From positions 1 to 64,000 of IMG/VR virus record IMGVR_UViG_3300044712_001062: 64,000 bases of DNA; one strand, 5' to 3'. The stretch comes from a virus. Below the pieces are notes generated by a model. That model did no database searches. It was not told where the DNA came from and saw nothing but the letters and a program-made list of their open reading frames with translations. Made by a program: the position numbers and the translations under genes. The number at the start of each line of letters is the position of its first letter. The first letter of the stretch is position 1. Below are positions 37,546-51,640 of this stretch, one piece after another.

Positions 37546-40500
37546 CCTTGTGACACGAAACAGTTTTGTGAGGTGAACGGATATAACAGGCTACATTTCC
37601 ATATTCTACTTTTCGTTTATACCAAATGTCGTATTCGTCTACAAATTTCATTAGATCGCCTGGACAAACTTTAATCCATTTAGGATCTGTTGGTAGTTGA
37701 TCAGAGATAATAATACTTTTATTACTTTCGATTTTTTCAAAGCGAGTTTTGAGATGCTTTAATTTTCCATACTTCAAATTATGAGTAATAATGTTCATTT
37801 AGGTTCTCCAAGTTATCAATGTTCAGGCAGTAATTTATATTCAATTTTATTGGTTATATCCCTCATTATCATTTCATAGGATATGCCAAATGTTCGTGAT
37901 AGTCCATAGATGTAGGCTGATGCATTTTCAATCTCATCATTATAAGTTTCGGACTTTAACATTGGTGATTACCTCATACAAGTATGTTTGAATGATTTCT
38001 ACCAAGATGCCTATCATATTTAACTGGTTCATCGCAGTAAAACATGTCAAGTTCAGAATATTCTGAAAATGTCGTGGTTGTCGATCTACAAGGTTCTTTG
38101 ACATTTTCCAATTTCATTCGCTCGCGATTACTTTTTGCGATTTTTCCATGGCCATTACAAGTTAGGTAATTTTTATCATACCATACTTTAATTTCACTAC
38201 CCAATTTATATTGGTATTGATGAATGCGAGACCAATTACCAGTGGCAAGTTTTACGTGCTTAACTTCATCGCTAACTTTTATTAGCAAGCCTTTGGCAAG
38301 TAACTTACGGTGTAATGATATAGTATATTCACTGTCTAATGTTTCCAAATCGTTGAATGAAAAGGAATTGTTTAGGTATTTTTGGCAAATTTTAGATAAA
38401 ACTTCACTATATATCCAAAATGTATTGCCATGGGGGCGTCCTGCCATTTTAGTTCTCCAAGTTGTAATTTTTTGTCATAAATAAAATAGAGGTGTAATGG
38501 TTATATACTTTTCGATTTTATATAACATTAAGGAGGAATTTAAGGCATAAATTGGCTTCATTATTATCTTTACATTTAAATGATAGGAAATTTGAATCAT
38601 CAATTCTATCAGCGCGGATATAAATATGATCTTCGCGGGTTGATAAGGCCAAGATGTCTGAACGTCTAATTACAATGGTTGTTGGGACTGGTGTATTGGT
38701 AATGTCGAATGTTAACCATTTATCATTAGTTTCGATATTTGCAAATGAAAATTCCATAATTGGTTCTCCAAGTTATAAAGTTGTACATGTATTGATAAAA
38801 ATACAATGTGTATACATGGTAATGAATGGTTACTATGCATTCACGTAGTAATTATGTTCACGGGTTCATTATACTTTTTAAATTTCTTGTTCATCAAATC
38901 TTTCAACATCTTCTTTGTGAAGATAGTATGAAGTATTGATGAATTTTTTAAATGTTTCAAAGTAATCTGGATGAAATGTGATGACTTTAGTAGTATCTGA
39001 ATGTTCTGGGGATTCTTTTACAGTTATTTCAATCATATCTTCATATGTCTGAATTTCAAATTTAAGAGTGCAACCGTAATCAGCATAAATATTATAGTTC
39101 ATAGGGTTCTCCAAGTTATAAAATATAGTTCTTAAAGTATAAAAATCTAATCATTCTATGTAGTTTAATACATGAGATTGTTGCCAGGCTTGAAGATCAA
39201 GGGATTTGCCATTTAAATTGTATAGCGGTTTGAAATTATCGCAGCGGAAAACCTGCAGGATGAATTTTCTATATATAAAATTTTGATCACAATTCTGGCA
39301 TATTTTACAGCATTCAATGGGATATTTAAACATTTAATTTTCCTTTTTTGATTTTTTTAATTGTTTAATGAGGGGTTTTCGCTTTGGCTTATCCATAACA
39401 TACTTGCACCATGTGTGATCGTTTAATTGTTCAATTAGATGCTCACATCCTTCACAATCGTTAATTCGTTGATTTAGTGATCGCATTGGGCAATAAAGGA
39501 TGTGATTGTGGTAAATTTTATTTTCCAACATAGAGTTTATCCAAGTTGATAGTTATTTTGGTTCATAACAATCGGATTCTTCAAGGTTCATATTCGCGTA
39601 TGATTGATTTGTAGATTGTGGGTGTGTCATGTAATTGCGGTAACATGTGGCAAATTTAGGGCAATATACGTTTGTGCATAATGTTAGATCCATAATGGTT
39701 CTCCAAGTTATAGATATATATATGTTTGTTTAATAATTATATTTTTGCTCCATGTTTTGTAATCCACGACGTTCACCAAATGCATCTTTTGGATTTCCTG
39801 ATATAGCATCTGGTAATGTGCAATCTATGTATTTTATATTTGCATTTGGAAATTCTTCTTGCAATGATTCCATTTTGTCAAGTGCCAATCTCCTTCCACC
39901 ACTTATCATTTTTGGATATTTACGAAATTCCATGATTATATTACCATCATAATTATAGAATTTAAAATTTGATATGTAATACCAAGAATATTGTTCATCA
40001 GCGTCATAACTTATAGTTATTTCGTGGCCAATATCTTCGATTCCATTAAAGGAGTCTACAGTATCTCTTATATTTTCACAAACGTCTGACATAGTCGAAT
40101 TTGATAAATTTCGTAGTATGGTTGATAATGATTTTATCATGATAATGATTCTCCAAATTACATTTTTTAAATTTAATAATTTTCACTACTTGTTGTTCTC
40201 ATAAATTCTAATTGACCATCGTTGTTTACGTGTAGATTGGTTTTATGGCATTTACACTGCAGCCAATGATGGTAGAGTAACATTACTTTTAGTTGATCGC
40301 TATTAATCATGTAAGTGGTTTGACATATGGGGCATTTAACTGAAATGACATTTGATGCAAGAATTGGTGTGATTACTGGAATATCATCATACATTTTATA
40401 TTCACCAATCATCATAATGGTGTGTAAATTTCAATGTAAAACTATCTGAATATGTTTTACCTTTCATTTCTTCGATTATCTGTTCACATGCACAAATAAT

Positions 40501-43500
40501 AATTTGCTTATGTGCTGTTGAAATATCAATGTTTTCCATAATATATACCATTATAATATATTCACGCCATATCCATAGCCTAATAAGAATGATAATATAC
40601 ATGCCATGATTACCAGGGTAATTGTAAATACTGTCCAATATGGTGAATCATGATCACCAAATGATGTGTGTGATAATTTCGTTATTGGTCCGGGCGTCAC
40701 TTTTTCAGAATTTGCTACAACAGTTTTATAAAATCCTGCAGCATGAACTCTTTTCATTACATTCTCTGGTAAATGTGGATTAGCGTTTTTAATACGATCT
40801 TCCCATTCATCATTTGATATTACACCATATTGTGGACTTGCACAACTAACTGGTGTATTATGTCTATTTGGATCGTCGTTAATCATACTTCCTCAATTAC
40901 TTCTTTTATGTTGATAATTTTCATGATGAATATGCATTGATTTGTTTTTCTAATAATACAATACCACATTGGAATGAACATACTTCATAATCACATGATT
41001 CGATATGACAACAATGAAGGGGTGAATTATCTCTAATTGTAATGGAATTATGCGTGCATTCTTTCTTACAATTATCACATAGAATTTGTCTCATTATAGT
41101 AATTTATAGGGTTTAAAAATATATTAAGGTTTGTAATTGATAATGGCCTTTGTTAATTTTTTGAATCCTGGTGTATCTGAAGTATATGTTATATTCATAT
41201 GTGATTTATTTTTCATCCATGAATCTGAACCTGTAATGCAATCTACAAGTTCAATGAGTTCACCAATAGACATTTGAATAGTAATTTGATTATCAGTCAT
41301 TTTTATAAATTTCCTCGCAATACATTAGAAAGGCATTTGCCAATCCTTCTTCAATGGTATCTGCTTTCATTACAAATTGATGGTATGTTTCTTGAATTTC
41401 ATCATTGTAATCCAATTCATCACCAAATAATACAGACATTACAAAATATTCAAATTCTTCAATACTTCGTGCTGGTAAATTTGAAACACCACGCAATTCA
41501 GCACATTTTAAAATTATTTCGTAAATTTCACCCATGATTAATAACCTCTATATAATTAATACGCTTCGATCATAAATATTCTAACATATGTTGAGATATT
41601 ATATACGTATAAATCTCCATATGACAAATTCCCTGCATGATATACTGATTCAGTGGGATTTAGTTCAGTAAATTCTACAAATGATAATTTGCTAACTAAT
41701 TTTTGAAATATCATTTTAGATGTAGTATTTTTAGATATAAATGATTTACTTCTTAAAATCCAAGAATCATCATTCATTTTTTCTTCTAAATACAAATATG
41801 TATCAACACCCATGATTAATAACCTCTATAATTTTAAATTTTTTGAAAATGTTTGTATTTACCAGCCGAAATCACTTTTTCCAATTACAAACCCAATATC
41901 AGCAATAGTAGTGATAACAACTTTACTATTATTCTCGTGTTCAATAAATATAGGTAAATTTCCATGAGTCTCAATTAGATAATTAAGATTGTTGATAAGT
42001 TCGCCTGCTAACATTTTATACCTCACATGACGGATCATTAGAACCATCTAAATACCAAGATGCATCTGAATCATACATGCAATTTAATGGAAGATTTTTA
42101 TCATCTGTTTCAAGGTAACATGTCCGAAAACATGCTTTGCATTTATAAAAATATGTGAATGTTGTCATAGTTAATCACTTATTATTCTTAAGTTGAAAAA
42201 CTTAAATGTATACTATTCGTTAAATTTCTTTCTTAATTTAAGATACAATTCATATTCTGCTTTTTCAACCGCATCTTTGTTAGCGGTTAGAATTTTAAAT
42301 TTCAAATCATCAAATTTTTCATGCATTTCACAATACAGTGACATTGAATCTTTAAGACCATTATCTCGGTTTAGTTCGATGACTTCGACTTCAAGATTAC
42401 ATGAATCATCAATATATTCAAATGAATCGATTGGATTACCTCTATCATTTAAAATTTTAGTAACAAACCAAATTCTACCTTTTAAAAAGGCATCATCATA
42501 CACATCGGCAAGTCTTGTTAATTTTTCAACTTTTATCATAGTTAATAACCTCTATAATTTTAAATTCGTATAACTTGAATGTTTATTTATGATATTTATT
42601 CTTAAAGTATAATTCTTTTTCCATTTCAAATTCATAAGCATCGAGCAATTCTTTATACATTCGCCCTTTCATTCCACAATCATGAAGGTGTGATTTAATA
42701 CATTGTTCGACATTATCAGAAATTTTCAGTTCATTATATATTTCATTTTTGATTTTATATGCTCGTTTTGATGAATTTAAATGAACTAAAAATTCGGTGA
42801 GGTATAATAATTTTTCTTTAATCATCATAGTATATTAGTTTTTAAAAAACTTAATTTTAACTGAATTCGCAGTACATTTGAAATTCGATCATACAATACT
42901 TGAGTTCTTGGATGAATTCATCAGCAGTAAATTGATGACCATATTCATCGATAATAATTTTTTGATCTGGGCAATCTATGAGGCATTTGGTAACCCATGC
43001 TTTATGTTTCATCATCGTCCATGTAAATGACGAGACACCTTGAACACCAATTAATGAAGTTGTATCATTACTATCGAAGCCTAATTCTTTATGAACCGCA
43101 CTATATCCACTTGAAGAACGCTGATTTCCACAATGTGGACATGACTTTAGAGATTTACTGGTATATGATTCATATTGCTCTTTGAACATACCTTTACTAT
43201 GAGCATATTGAGTGCAATTGGCTGATAGGTAAATTCCACAATCATAACAATATAGACCCGCAGCACTTCGTTTACCAATGTGAATGCGAGGATCATCCTC
43301 ATATAGTTCTAATGGATTTTCGATTTTATAGAAATTACAGCCCATTTTAATCAACTCGTCCATTTATGTAGTCTAACATGTGTTTTTTAGAACAAAAGTG
43401 CACATCTTTTGATAAAAACAGATGTTTTGCATCTTTAATGTTATTACCAATATATGCACCATCATGAGCACTTATACAATAATATAATTCGTCTTCGTTA

Positions 43501-46400
43501 ATTGTTACATTACATTGATCGCAAATCATTAGATCCGGTTGTGATTTAAACGACATAAATGTTATTCCTTATAATTGATTAATTACCTTCGTTGTTGATT
43601 ATAAATTGTCATCAAATCTCTAATTTATTAATCAACATTTTCACAACACCTTATAGACATTACAATATCTCCATACTTTATAGTTGCAAACTGTTCAGCA
43701 AGTTGTCTACATGCTTCAACCGTTTCACCTTCTATACCTTCAAGTTTAAGATCTTTAAATTTGACTATAGCATTACATTTCATGATTAATCACTTTCATT
43801 GTTGATTAAATTTTTTAATTCATCATCGGTTACTTTGCTCATTAAGATTCCAATGCCATTGTAATCGGGGTGTGGTTGAGCACGATACAATTTACCACAT
43901 TCATTGCAGGTGCCAATTACTGATTTGTCATGTGCGTCAATTAGAACCATTGTAACGTGATTACACCATGGACATCCACAACCTTCATAGTTGAGTTTTG
44001 GTTGAGTAAAATTTTCAGTGTATTTGCAAGATTTGGAAAATACATAATCTAAATTATTATTCATTTACTTCCTCACATTCATAATCATGATAATCGGTTA
44101 TTTCATAGATTGACCAATTATTAACATTTTCCATTTCTAAATCGGCAATTTCCATAGCAAATTCATCATCATTCGCTTCAATGATTTTTTCATATTGAAC
44201 ATATGCAGTGGCAAATCTAAAAATTTTAAATTTTGACATCGAATATTCTCCATTAATCAAATTTTGGAGATTTAATAATGCGTATTTCGCCAAATTGATC
44301 ACATTGGATTATAAGTGGATTTTCACTTATTGCGTCAATTAACTGGATGAGAAATTCAGTTGCCTTGAACATTCGGTCTTCGCCTGTATATTCAACTGAA
44401 ATGTTGTTCCAATCATCTGACCAATTATGTTTTACAATTTGGACAACTGCATATGATTTAGAACCAGGGGGATTATACTCATGAATCGAAAATATTGGTT
44501 CTTTAACTGAAAATGCGTTGTTGTTGGGTGTTATAATGTAAGTCATCATCAATCCTCGTTTAATGGGCACCATGATGGTCGAACGGTTAGATCATCTTCA
44601 CAAAATCTGTAAAGTATTTGCAGCATTGGTATATTTCCAAGAATTACAGACCCACCTTCAACTTTATAAGATGTACAAAAATGTGGATTATTATACATTT
44701 CATTGAGTGTATGGTGATTATAACATTCATTGCATCCTTGAACATCAAGTCTAAATTTATTCATTCAATTTTACTCTTGCAAATTCCTTCGATATAATCA
44801 ACTATTTGATCAATTTGTTCATTGGATAATTTATTAATTTTAATTTTCATAGATCCTGTTATTATGGGATCTTCTAATTTAAGGTGGTTGTATACTTGAC
44901 GTTTAATTGTTATATTACAATCGGGATTGTTATTCATTTTTTCGAGCATAATAATAATCATCAGGTTTCTTTTGTTCGAGTGATCGTTACAGGTTGATTT
45001 AAGTTAATTGCAAACATTGTGACCTTTAATTAATAGGTGGTAATATTACTTATATTTTACTAATCATTGAATGATTCTAACATCTTTTTGAGTTCCTGGA
45101 CATCATCACCATCGAAATAACTATCAATTACACGATTTACCAAACAATCATCTTCTTTGCAGACTATAATTGCTTCAATGGCATTTTTAAGTGTCAGTAG
45201 TTCATCACCATTAATTTCAATGGTAAATTTACATTCTTTTATGATTTTCATAATAAAATTCTCATATAGTTGTATTTTTTAGATGTTCTTTAATTTCATT
45301 TGGGGTGTAATTAAAATCACATGGCCATACATCTAATATATGCTGATCTGATGAATCACCCCAGAATTCCATTCGTGCATAATAAATATTTGGTGGTCGA
45401 TTTGAACTTCCAAGATCGATACTACAATAGTATCTACCATCACCATCGTGATAAAATCCACATGTCATACAACTTCTATTTTTTCTATTCATAATAAAAT
45501 TTCAAATATATAATTTTATAATTTTTCTACTGCCTCGAACTGCCTAATCAATCCAATAACTTTGGCATACCCCTCTTTTGATTCAACAAACCACGAAGGC
45601 TTATCCTCAAGATGATAGACCATATGTTCAACCATCTCATACTCCGACTCATCAAACGTAATAACTCTACCCTCAATTTTCATAACTTTAGTTCCCCATA
45701 CAAAATCCGAAAAACCATCCCAGTAAAAACGCCGCAACCATCACAAATATCGTTCCACCCGTCAACTCAACAATCATTCTAAACCTTTCCGTTCCACAAT
45801 TTTATCAATATAGTCAGTAATCACGTCAAGTCCCTCATGCCACTTAATATAATACATACATGGCTTATATGCATCCAGTCCTTCGGCATCTGCATAATTT
45901 CTATCTTCTTCAGACTCAAACCCTGACTTCTCTGGTATCATGCAATTACAACTTTCATACTCAATAAAAATACACTGTTCAGGCCAAGTGCAACTATCAG
46001 TATGTAACTTCATCTTCAAACCTCCTACTAACCGGCCTATTCAACTTATCAATTATATCTCCAACAGTTCCCTCAAATTGAGATCCTTCATGCAGCATCA
46101 TATGTGCCATCAATATCCCATTAAGAATCGACTGCTCATATGTCGTCAATTCAATGCAAATAAATTCACTCTTCATTAAATCCACCGATACATCCAACAA
46201 AACACAATTAGTCCAACTACAGCAATACATACCCAAATCGCACTAATAGCATCAATCATTCGACTCCTCCAACATCATATTCGCTGCGATGAGTCCAATT
46301 TGATATCCCTGATACTCACCCTTCCAGAATCCAATTAAGTAAGACGCCAACGCGGTGAAGGATAACATGAATAGAATAGCGACACACTCAACTGTTCCAA

Positions 46401-46736
46401 TCATTCAGAGTCCCTCCGGAGTGAGAGAACCCATTTTAGCGATTCTTTAAGATATTTATATCTGTCATGAGTATGTTCATTTACTTTACCATATTCAATC
46501 CCTTGATCGATCTTCTCCTTCAACCAATCAGGGATCTCATTTGATTCAACCCGTGTGTTCCATGCTGCGATTGCTTGTTCTATGGTTTCATATTCGTTTA
46601 CTTGACATCCACACACACTACAATCAACACCGTATCCATCTGGCTCACATTCATGTGAAATTGTAGATACATACGCCTCACTTTTACAAAGCGGGCAGGG
46701 CTTCAGGTCATTGATCATCCTTTTGCTCCTTTTCAT
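46401..46736 (-). CDS. Lar (restriction alleviation)-family zinc-finger protein
   Basis: LKPCPLC...VDC..CG......AIAAWNTR. Confidence 0.8.
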   Translation of the reverse strand: MKRSKRMINDLKPCPLCKSEAYVSTISHECEPDGYGVDCSVCGCQVNEYETIEQAIAAWNTRVESNEIPDWLKEKIDQGIEYGKVNEHTHDRYKYLKESLKWVLSLRRDSE

Positions 46737-48782
46737 TATTTAGACAAGTTAAACTGTAATTATTATCTTCTAAGTATTGCATAATAACATTTTCAGTTCC
46801 CTCTTCAGGGAAACTTAATTTATCTACATTTGGGAAAATACCCATATATTTCTCCACCAAACAACTCACAGTCTGACTTAATGCAATGGGATCTATATTC
46901 CCTGTATCTACTGAGTAAACATCACCTCTGTTCCATCCCCCTATTTCTGGGGAAGCAATATCTGGTACCAATTCCTGCAATGCTGGCTGACCTGAACATA
47001 TTAAGAAGGCAGCACAGATACAATCGGTTAGATCCCGAAATGTTATTCCAGTAATTTCTGTTGATCCCCTGACCCCTAAATCTGTCCATGGCTGACCATC
47101 ATAAGGTCTATACCTACTGTTACTAGAATATTCACCATTTACTGATGCTAACTTCCTTTCGAGAGCATCAAAAAAATCTTCATCCATTTATCTTCTCAAG
47201 GACACATTACATTCTAAATATTCAGATTCTCCGCAGAATGGACATGATTTTAATTCACTCATTCAGAGTCCCTCTTGGTTGATTTATACTTTGGACAATA
47301 CACAACGCAATGTAATTTATTACGGCTTTTTTTATGGCGACAATTGCCACACTCATCTACAACCTTCGAGAGTTCCTTGCTATTGTGCTGGTCGATGAGT
47401 AATTGCATCTCTTTTTGACTGAAATTAGAATTGCAGTTAGATTCGCATCCACCAATATCATACAATGTGCATGAACTATACTCCCCATCAAAGAATATAC
47501 ATTCATCATGTCCACGTCTGACCTTCCGTTCTTTGATTGATGAGATCATCTTGGTTCACCGATGTTGTGGTGGTCAATGATTAACTTAACCCATTGCAAT
47601 TCAGTCAATAAGGTTGTTAAAAGCACATTTGATATTTCTCCTTCTCTGTATTGATCATGCAAATCAGAAATTCTAATATCAATATCCCATTTGATATTTT
47701 CTATTACTGATCGTTCCTCAACCGGTGGAATCATGATTTATCCACCATTCGGGTAACTTTTAATTTTTTAATTGCTTTTATGGGAATCCAGACATCGTGA
47801 TCTCTGGGTTTATCTCCACATATAATTATGAACCAATTTTCAGAATCTTCATAATTATTCGCTTCAAAATATTCAATAGACCCACTTTCAAATTCAACGT
47901 AAATATCATAATTATAAGGCATTTATTAGGGCCTCCAAAATTCACCGGTCTCACAATCAACTTCGAAATATCGTTTTATCAAATCTTTAATCATTCGCTG
48001 TGGTGTTGTTTTATATTTTTTCGCCTCGTCCCTCAATGTTATCAATGCCCGTGGATGCACACTTATTGTAATAGTTGGTTTATTACTCATAACCATTCAC
48101 CCTTTGGCATTTTACCAATGTAATTATAATTTCTTCCATGTCCTGCATAAAAACTCCAATTTATACATTCTTTTGCGATTGGTGATGTAAATTTGTCTGG
48201 CATCTCTTTATGTAATCGGGTTAGTAATTTTTGTGCTGCTTCATCCGGGGTATCTGCAAATTCACATTCGCCATCCTGAAGATTTACACCAAAAAGTGCA
48301 CACCATTGATCACCATCTTTATAAACTCGAATCATCGATTTACTCTTGTGAATTATCTCGGTCATTATTCTTCTCCAGGGGATGATAGAATTGCAACAAA
48401 TACAGCATCCATACCATCTTCATTTCCTTCAAGCCCACATGATATACTCAAAATTTCATATCCATCAGATAAATATTGGTTGATTTTATCGTCAAATGTT
48501 TCGTGAACCCATTCTTTTAATGTAACGATCATCTTGGCCATATTTACACCCATGCACCTTTATGGAAATATCCAAATGAGCCTTCCCATGTATAATAATC
48601 AACTCCGAAATATTTAGCAGCATATTTACAAGTTTCTTCTGATGAATAGCCAAATATTCCGTTTTCTGGATGGTGTAGCCAAAATTTCATACCATCGTAA
48701 GTTGCTGGAGCCAAATAATCGCTGTCTCCATCAAACAATGCGATAGTATTAGTATTTGGATGCAGCATTGCAATAAATTCGT

Positions 48783-49151
48783 TCATCGTTTTACTCCAGT
48801 GAATTGTCTCAACCACTTCTTCAATTGGTTGGCAGCCTTTCGTGGCCTGGTCTTTTGGATATCATATAGATGTCTGGCATCAACATACACATTGTAAGAT
48901 TCTCTGGTTCTAATTATGGTTACGTGATGCCACTGACCGTCATTTGGAATCGGTGGATATGTTTGTTGCTTTTGCTTATAACAGAAAAAATCAATGGTAA
49001 AGTCTCCAGATTCAATATTGAAATCTGTTGGACCTTCATGAACTGTGTAGTCCAAATAATCATTAGAATCACTCATTCTTCCCTCATCATTTTCTGGTAA
49101 CATTCTTCGCAATATACACTGAAACCAAAAAGTGGTTCGTTTGATTCCCAC
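48783..49151 (-). CDS. protein with a truncated LamG/concanavalin-like segment
   Basis: GDFTIDFF and NDGQWHHVTIIR....VYVD. Confidence 0.5.
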   Translation of the reverse strand: MGIKRTTFWFQCILRRMLPENDEGRMSDSNDYLDYTVHEGPTDFNIESGDFTIDFFCYKQKQQTYPPIPNDGQWHHVTIIRTRESYNVYVDARHLYDIQKTRPRKAANQLKKWLRQFTGVKR

Positions 49152-51205
49152 CTGATGCCCAGGTGATCTCTACCAACTTTTTCAATTGGTTTGCTACAAA
49201 TCTTGCAATTCATAATTCACTCATTAATTCTTCAGTTATCCATGCTGCCATGTGTTTAGGGCTACAAAAATCCAGTTCATATATTGATGTTTCATTTTTC
49301 AAAATACCAGCACAAATATGATCAAAATGTAACCAGTGATTATCTCCGGCGTAAATATGGATATAATCAGTTTTATCTGTGAGAATATACCCACAATAGT
49401 CACATTTGCATATTTTGATTTCTTCGGTGCTCATAATTAACTCTATAATATATTTTATCAATTATCAATTACTTCTACAATTCGAAATGTATTGATGAAA
49501 TTTTTGGCTTCTTCTACACTATCAAATGTGTTATTTAATAGATATTGATCTCTTGATACGACCTTGTATTTTGTCTGTTTAGGTATAAATTCCTTACAAT
49601 ATATTTTAGCATCCTTGGAATTTTCAAATGGACAATTTGCCATATATCCAGGATTTACATGTTCATGTATTGCACTTATCATATGATTCATACACAATTT
49701 ACATTTGGTATAATCGTTTGAAATTGTATAAAATTTACAATTTATTTTTGTCATGTCAATTACCTATTTATAAATTACCTTTAATTTTTTTCATTTTTAA
49801 TAATTTAGAAAAATAATATAGTTTATTCCTCTAATTGACAATTATGTATAGGTCGTGAAATATATTAAATCTTTTCATTCATAATAATCCATCAATTAAA
49901 TAATTTGTAAGGATGATCAATACAATTACTAATATAATGATCAGTGAGATTTTAAATGTTTTTATCACGCACGACCACCTTGATAATACATATGCGGCCA
50001 AGGATTATCTGGTCTCCCAACTATTGGCGGAGATGCATACCACGTATCGATATCAACTTGTTCAATTTTATGCTGACCATTCTGATTCACATAAGTCACA
50101 AAATAAACAATAACACCACTATATCCAGCATCATGTGGTTGCATTGCCCAACATTTATCCATTGGAGTCCATGTATCCACATTCGTTACAGTAGGCTCTG
50201 ATTTTGGAAACAACTCAAATGCATCAGCAGGTGCAGCACACCACAAAATTATAATTGCAATGACCAGCACTAAAATCCCACAACCAAACAATTCGTATTT
50301 TCTATCATTATTCATAATTAATGACCAAATCTTACTGATCCACTTGTTCGATGATTAATTGCCGAAAGCAACTTATCCATTCGTTCAACCGTCTTTTCAA
50401 GTTGTTCAATTCGCTGTTCCAATAACTTGACTCGTTCTGCAACTGGATCAACTGGAACTGATCGACTATATGATGGTATCAATGCTTCTAATTCTTTATT
50501 TCCATACCATCGAAGCCAACCTTCATCATTCATTTTTATTCTCCAATTTTAAAGTGTTTATATTATACAATTTATCCCATATATCTTTAATCATAGGTTT
50601 AGCATCTTCATAAATGAAAAATAATCTGCCTGCTTTACCCGGTACAGTTTCACCATATTCACCATAGAGTATCATCCAATCAAAGCATTCATCAATAGCA
50701 AGTGAAACCTGATCAGCGGTTAAGTATGGAGAATCATTTACAATTTTACTGAACCATGAATTAACACCATGTTGCTCTTGATTGTAGATGTATGCGGCTA
50801 CTATGAGTGAATTGTCATAAGTGATTCCATTAATGGTGGTTTGAATCATTTTCATTCTCCAATTAGTGCGAATTCATGTTTGTCAAAATGATCTTTAAAT
50901 TTCATAGTTCCATTAGTTTTTACAAATAATCGAATTATAGGATACCAACCACCATATTTCTTAATGCATTTACATAATTGCTTGTAATGAGATTTACAAA
51001 AATAATAAGTTCCATTTTTGTAAACCACCATTGCATCAGTATCGCACATACTGCATTTAGTTTTATATCCTGCTGTTTCACCATGAACTTTATAATTCAT
51101 GTCTTGCCATTGAACTTCTGCTCCATCAACATAAGTCTTATCATCCAAAAATGATATTAGGTGCATCTTACCTTCAATCATAAACCATCGTTGAACATTC
51201 ATAAT

Positions 51206-51640
51206 TTAACACCAAGTTCTATGGTTTTCAGCAATCCATTCACGACCATCATCGCTTTCATGAATTTCCCAATTAACTCCATCAGGAACTTCAACAACTT
51301 TAATTGAATGTGGCCTACATGCTACTTTATCTGGAAATCTCTCCACAAGATCTATTAATATTGGATTGGATCTATACTCATCTTCGTATCCCCATGGACA
51401 AAAATACAAATCATAATCAAAGTCATCTGAATCGAGTGAATCTCCTTGATCCATAGTTGATATCAAAAATGCTTCTCCATTATATGAAATTGGATCATAT
51501 CGCTTACACATCATTTTATCATTTTCAAGATATTCAACATAAGCATATCCATCTATATTTTGCGATTTCAAAATTTCAAGGCAACCCCATATTGATAAGT
51601 GGAATCCACCAATCTCACAATTGATTGCAATTTTTGTCAT
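51206..51640 (-). CDS. conserved phage hypothetical protein
   Basis: KIAIN...GGF.LS..R.NP.L..LVE..IKVVEVPDGV.W.I....G.EWIAE.HRTW, a pattern recalled from many tailed viruses. Confidence 0.7.
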   Translation of the reverse strand: MTKIAINCEIGGFHLSIWGCLEILKSQNIDGYAYVEYLENDKMMCKRYDPISYNGEAFLISTMDQGDSLDSDDFDYDLYFCPWGYEDEYRSNPILIDLVERFPDKVACRPHSIKVVEVPDGVNWEIHESDDGREWIAENHRTWC